Assembly: GCA_014193115.1 (NCBI GenBank)
Contig: BJHQ01000003.1
Span: 2,768 to 66,767, forward strand
DNA: 64,000 bases
Direction: 5' to 3'
Source of the DNA: Planctomycetota bacterium
GTDB taxonomy: Bacteria; Planctomycetota; UBA11346
Part shown: one piece after another, positions 59,681-64,000 of the stretch
Numbering within the stretch: position 1 is the first letter of the stretch
Layout: each line of letters begins with the position of its first letter
Position numbers and translations under genes: made by a program
The notes under the pieces: generated by a model
Seen by the model: the letters and a program-made list of their open reading frames with translations, nothing else
Databases searched by the model: none
Told to the model about the DNA's origin: nothing

Positions 59681-62029
59681 TCATGGCAGCGTCACGATCA
59701 CGGGCCGGGTGTAGACCTCGGCGTCGCCGACGTCGGGCTTGAAGGTGATCGTGGCGGTTCCGGCGTAGTCACCGCTCGGGACTTTGCGCGGACGCAGCAC
59801 GTCGATCTTGATCGTCCCCGAGCTGCCGACTTCGAGCCGGTTCGGGGTGGCGGTGGCGCGCAGGTCGTAGGCCGCGGTCAGGACCTCGCCCTCAGGGCCG
59901 ACCAGGTCCGAGACCTTGACCTTCCACTCGCCGCTGATGCCGCTGTCGAGGGCGATCGGCACGGTCTTGGCAAGCCAGGCGTTTTCCTGCCAGGCGCCGG
60001 GCTTGGGTTCGGCGATCTTGATCGTGCCGCTGGCCTCGCCGCCGCCGTCACCGGTGGTGGCATCGCCATCGCCCAGGCGCAGCTTGGTCTTGGAGCGGAC
60101 ATGCTGATAGACCACCGGCACTGATCGCGGCGGCAGCTCGCCGAAACGGAGCTCGGCGGTGCCGCGGTATTCGCCGGGAGCGGTCGCGATCGGCACTGCG
60201 CCGACCACTTTGCCGCTGCTATCATAGGTGAAACTCAACGTGCCCGGGCCTTGCACGGTCAGCGAACCGGGTTGCAGGGCCTGGGCCGGCAGATCGCGGT
60301 GGCCGGGGCTGGACGCGGCCAGGGTCGGCTCGTCGGTATTGGGTTTCAATCGGCGTTCGGCGCCGTCGAACGGATAATTGAGCGCGGTGATCGCCGACGT
60401 GCGCAGCGGCTCGTCGGGTTTGGCCGGAGCCGGCGGCGGTGGCGTGCCGGCCGGCCGCGGCGTCGAGGCGGTGGCGGTGTGGCGACCGGCGATCTCGCTG
60501 CGGAAACGCACCGCCAAGGTGCCCTGGCCGGGAACGGTGAGCGGTTGCGGAAAGCTGAATCCGCCCTGGGCGGGAAAACTGAGGGTGCCGGCGGGACCGC
60601 TGGCGGCGACCGCCACTGTGCCGCTGGTCTCCAGGTTCACCCAGGTCGGCGGCAGCTGATAGGCATCAGCGCCCCAGGCCAGGGCCACCGGTTCGAGTTT
60701 CGGCGGCGGTGGCGGCGGCGCCTTCAGCTGCGGATCAACGACGAAGGTGTCCTGCTTGGTCAGCACCGCCTGGCCGCCATAGGTCAGCCGATACGTGACC
60801 CGCAGCTGGTGTGGCCGGCTGCGATCGGTGTTGGCCGCCAAGGCGGTCGCCCACGGCGCCGAATAGCGGGGCAGATCACTGGGTTTGTCGGTACGCGGCA
60901 GATTGGCGCGGTGCAGCGGCTGGCCGCCGGCGGTGTCGTCGGTGATGGTGCAGTCGACCTGGGTGCGGTCGGCGAAACGGCGCAGAGCGTCGAGCTGGTA
61001 ACCGATCCCGCTGACCTCGACCCCGGGCTGGACCACGGCACCCTCGGCCACCGGCGACGGGATGGCGATGGGCGTGGCGCGGATGCCGAGCTGCATCGCC
61101 ACATAGATGTTGCGCGGAACCCCATCGAACTGTGGCCGCCACGAGCCTGGCGGCGGTTCGCCCACCGACACGCATTCCACGTTGGTCCGGCTGCGCTCGG
61201 CATCCTCGGCCTTGGGATAGCGGTAGACCAGGGCGCCGCCGATGGCATCGATGCCGCCATCCACCGGCAGAGCGGTGATCCGGCCACGGCGGCTGCGCTG
61301 GTCGTTCTTGACCACCGCCACGGTCAGCCGAGCGCCGCCCGGCGGCACGTCGAAGGCGTCGCCAGGCTGGAAGCGGCTGGTGTCATAGACGAAGACGTCG
61401 TTTTCATCGGCCAGGATGGCGAAGAACCGGTCGACCAGCTGGTCGGCGCTGGTTACCTCGATGTGCCGGCCGCGGGTGATGGCGGCGATCTCGCCCAGGG
61501 TCGGCTTCGACGCCTTGCCCTCGGGGTTTAGGCGCAGGCAGTCGAGCACCCAGCCGCGATCAGCGAACCGCCGGGCCTGGTCGAGGCTGTCCCGGGGCTC
61601 GTCGCTGGGATCGCCGTCGGTGAAGAACAGCACCCGGGTGCCGGCCGGGGCGCGGACCCGGTCGAGCTCGCCATAAGCGGCGGCCAAAGCCCGGGCGTAG
61701 TTCGTGGCCCAGCCGTCGAAGGTCAGCTTGTCGTCGATGATCTCACGGGCGGCGACCCGATCGCCGATGGTCGCGAGCGGCCGGGTCGGCATGTGGACCT
61801 CGCCGTTGCGGCCGAAGCCGACGACCGCCACCGGCTTGCCGTCGCGCATGGTGCCGATCGCCAACTGCACGCCATCGACGGTGTAGCGCTTGGGATCGTT
61901 CTCGCGCATCGATCCGGATTGATCAACGATCATCAGCAGCGGCCGCTCCGACACGTCCACCGCAGTCAGGGCAGCGGCGAGCAGGAGGGATCCGCCGAGC
62001 CGCCAAGCCGCCAAGGAGTTCAGGCCCAT
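59681..62029 (-). CDS. exported vWA-domain protein (start uncertain)
   Basis: Signal peptide; MIDAS IVDQSGSM...TNY...FFTDG; beta-sandwich/Pro-rich C-terminus. Confidence 0.85.
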   Translation of the reverse strand: MGLNSLAAWRLGGSLLLAAALTAVDVSERPLLMIVDQSGSMRENDPKRYTVDGVQLAIGTMRDGKPVAVVGFGRNGEVHMPTRPLATIGDRVAAREIIDDKLTFDGWATNYARALAAAYGELDRVRAPAGTRVLFFTDGDPSDEPRDSLDQARRFADRGWVLDCLRLNPEGKASKPTLGEIAAITRGRHIEVTSADQLVDRFFAILADENDVFVYDTSRFQPGDAFDVPPGGARLTVAVVKNDQRSRRGRITALPVDGGIDAIGGALVYRYPKAEDAERSRTNVECVSVGEPPPGSWRPQFDGVPRNIYVAMQLGIRATPIAIPSPVAEGAVVQPGVEVSGIGYQLDALRRFADRTQVDCTITDDTAGGQPLHRANLPRTDKPSDLPRYSAPWATALAANTDRSRPHQLRVTYRLTYGGQAVLTKQDTFVVDPQLKAPPPPPPKLEPVALAWGADAYQLPPTWVNLETSGTVAVAASGPAGTLSFPAQGGFSFPQPLTVPGQGTLAVRFRSEIAGRHTATASTPRPAGTPPPPAPAKPDEPLRTSAITALNYPFDGAERRLKPNTDEPTLAASSPGHRDLPAQALQPGSLTVQGPGTLSFTYDSSGKVVGAVPIATAPGEYRGTAELRFGELPPRSVPVVYQHVRSKTKLRLGDGDATTGDGGGEASGTIKIAEPKPGAWQENAWLAKTVPIALDSGISGEWKVKVSDLVGPEGEVLTAAYDLRATATPNRLEVGSSGTIKIDVLRPRKVPSGDYAGTATITFKPDVGDAEVYTRPVIVTLP

Positions 62030-62163
62030 CGTCGCGCCGCCCACCGGAGCGCCGACCTGCCGGCCCGCACCCAGTCCGACCATCGTTGTCCCGGAAGCCT
62101 TTGCGCCCTGGAGCCTTGGCGTTTCCACAGCGGGGCGAATGTGCGGTTCCATACGATCTCCGG

Positions 62164-63213
62164 TCAGGCGGCGGTGATGACGATGCATTTTTGGATGGGC
62201 AGGCCAGTCTGGTCGGCCAGACCGAGCTGACGCAGGCCGATCACGGTCCCGGCCGGCGCGCCGGCGCCGGGGCGCTCCACCCGATCGAAGCGCTTGGGGT
62301 CGTGGCGCTCAGGGTCGAAGCGCTCGCCCGCGGGAATGAGCAGCGGGCGCAGGCCGGCTTCGCGCAACCGGTCGAGGACCGTCTTCGCCGCTGGTGTGTC
62401 TGCGCGCTCGGCATGTCGAGTGTGCAGGTTCAGCACCGCCCGCAGATCAATGGCGGCCGGCAGCAGGCACAGCTCGACGCCCCGGGCGAGGTCGTCGCGC
62501 AGCGGTTTGCGCCATTGGGTGGCGAGGGCGGCGTACAGTTCCTCCAGCAGTCCCCAGGCGGCGATCCGCTCTGGCGATGGCGCGGGGTCGGGCAGCACCG
62601 CCTGGCCGGCGCGGACCACCGTGCCGCCCGCATCGACCAGGCCGGTGGTCACCACCACGGCCCGGGCCACCGGCAGGCGCATCGGTTGGGCCGGCGGTGT
62701 TTCGACCGGATCCACCAGCCGGAACGGCGCGAGCAGCGGAATAAGATCGCGGCGGATCTCGGCCAGGGCGGCGTGCAGCCGGGCATAGGCCGCGCCCAGG
62801 TAAAAACCGCCCAATTTATCGCAGAATGCCAACACATCGCCGGCCCGCTGGGCGAGAGCCGGACCAGCCGCGACCAGCACCGGCCGGGCCTTGGTCAAGA
62901 AGGCGGATTCCGCCGGATCAACCTGGGGACCGGATTCCGCCAAGGTTTTCGCAAGCAGTTCGAGGTGATCGCAGAGCACCGCCAGCGGCGAAGAAGTGGC
63001 AGGAGGCGCGGCTGGTGCCACGGGCGGCTCGCCAGCGGAAAGGATTGGGACCACGGCCGGGACGTGTGCAGCCGCAACGGGAGCTGGCGGGATTTCCCGT
63101 TGTTCCAGTGCGGCACGCAATTCCTGCGCGAGCGCCGCGACCTCGTCCAACGCGGTGCGGGCGCGAGCGAGGGCTGCGTCGTGGCGGGCGAGGAGATGGG
63201 CCAGGTCAGGCAT
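62164..63213 (-). CDS. coiled-coil protein with GrpE-like C-terminal domain
   Basis: L...GLRPL...GERFDPERHD....GTVIGLRQLGL. Confidence 0.6.
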   Translation of the reverse strand: MPDLAHLLARHDAALARARTALDEVAALAQELRAALEQREIPPAPVAAAHVPAVVPILSAGEPPVAPAAPPATSSPLAVLCDHLELLAKTLAESGPQVDPAESAFLTKARPVLVAAGPALAQRAGDVLAFCDKLGGFYLGAAYARLHAALAEIRRDLIPLLAPFRLVDPVETPPAQPMRLPVARAVVVTTGLVDAGGTVVRAGQAVLPDPAPSPERIAAWGLLEELYAALATQWRKPLRDDLARGVELCLLPAAIDLRAVLNLHTRHAERADTPAAKTVLDRLREAGLRPLLIPAGERFDPERHDPKRFDRVERPGAGAPAGTVIGLRQLGLADQTGLPIQKCIVITAA

Positions 63214-63233
63214 GGATCAGCGCGTCAGCGTTC

Positions 63234-63496
63234 CTGGGAGCGCCGAGCGCCAGCTCGGCCCGCATGTGATTGTGCGAGATGGATCCACTTCCAGGCGAGC
63301 TGGGGCTCGCCTCTCCCAGCCAAATCCCTCCAAACTCCAGCCGAGAGGCGTTCGGCGCTCCCGGGCAAGTCCAACCAAATCCAGCTCCAGCCGAGCAGGC
63401 GCTCGGCGCTCCCAGCAAACTCCAGCCGAGCAGGCGCTCGGCGCTCCCAGGCAAGTCCAATCCAACGCAAGGAGAGCTGGGGCTCGCCTCTCCCAG
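63234..63496. repeat. REP cluster, family C (GGGAGCGCCGAGC-N-GCTCGGC)
   Basis: One forward and about five inverted copies (GCCGAGCAGGCGCTCGGCGCTCCCAG; GAGCTGGGGCTCGCCTCTCCCAG). Confidence 0.8.
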
Positions 63497-63670
63497 TTAA
63501 ATCGATCCGCTGGTGCGTGGACCCCGCGAAGGGGTCCCCCAAGCGTAGCGAGAGGGGGTGGAGCAGGCGCCGCCTTCTGGCGGCAGCAGGCCAAAGGCCT
63601 GCGACCTTCGCAGCGCGGAGCGCAGCGGAGCTGGAGCAGGGCCGAAGGCCCGTGGGGGGGAACCCCCATG

Positions 63671-64000
63671 CTAATGCACTCCGCCAAAAGGATTTTCGGC
63701 GTCAGGGACCGATTCCGCGCTGGCCTTGAGGCGGTGCCAGGTGGTGCCGTCGGCGCGGACCGCGGCCAGTTCGCGGTTCTTGTCCATCACCAGGACCAGG
63801 GCGAAGGCTCCGGCCAGGGCCTCCAGATGGACCTGGATTTCCTGGGTGAACTGGCCGGACCAGGGTTCGGCCTCGGGCTTGGCCAGGTCGAACCAGCCGA
63901 GGGTGGTCGGCTGGACTTCGGCCATCGGCCCGGCGCTGGCCGGATCGAGTCCGAGCAGGTGGTCGTGGTAATAGGCGAACAGCGACAGCTCGGTGGCCTT
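63671..64000 (-). CDS. 3' end of a large gene entering from the right edge (unknown; possibly Hsp70/actin-like)
   Basis: Open from 64000: KATELSLFAYYHDHLLGLD...ENPFGGVH*. Confidence 0.6.
   Translation of the reverse strand, partial: KATELSLFAYYHDHLLGLDPASAGPMAEVQPTTLGWFDLAKPEAEPWSGQFTQEIQVHLEALAGAFALVLVMDKNRELAAVRADGTTWHRLKASAESVPDAENPFGGVH

Noticed and set aside
59106..59684. N-terminal extension of the 920-aa ORF
   Set aside because: It is translated repeat DNA, and a good signal peptide starts at 59105. Kept only as a possibility in the findings.

Overview
High-GC bacterial chromosome segment. The gene content suggests a PVC/Planctomycetota-like organism (inference). It is probably origin-proximal, since it carries dnaN and parA/parB with two parS palindromes. 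Housekeeping genes: a CCA/poly(A)-type nucleotidyltransferase (cut by the left edge), dnaN, glyA with a ZMP/ZTP riboswitch, purH, purE-purK, hemH, clpS, rpmA, an ACP and leuA. Accessory blocks: (i) two AraC/PhyH-dioxygenase divergent pairs; (ii) a stress cluster (BON, general stress protein 26, DUF883-like, ferritin-like, DUF1328, AlgB/NtrC-type activator, kinases) with several sigma54 -24/-12 motifs; (iii) an HtrA protease next to a double pseudo-protease; (iv) a lower-GC cassette with a ~140-nt hairpin, a P-loop kinase and a Thg1-like 3'-5' polymerase; (v) a sigma54-motif-preceded operon whose first protein has about six FliM/CheZ-like 'IDALL' motifs; (vi) the end of an operon with a GrpE-like protein and two exported vWA-type proteins, interrupted by REP-like clusters and a 3x165-bp tandem repeat. 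Several REP-like families are dispersed through the window. I found no CRISPR array, tRNA, rRNA or transposase. All calls come from motif recognition by eye; no searches were run.
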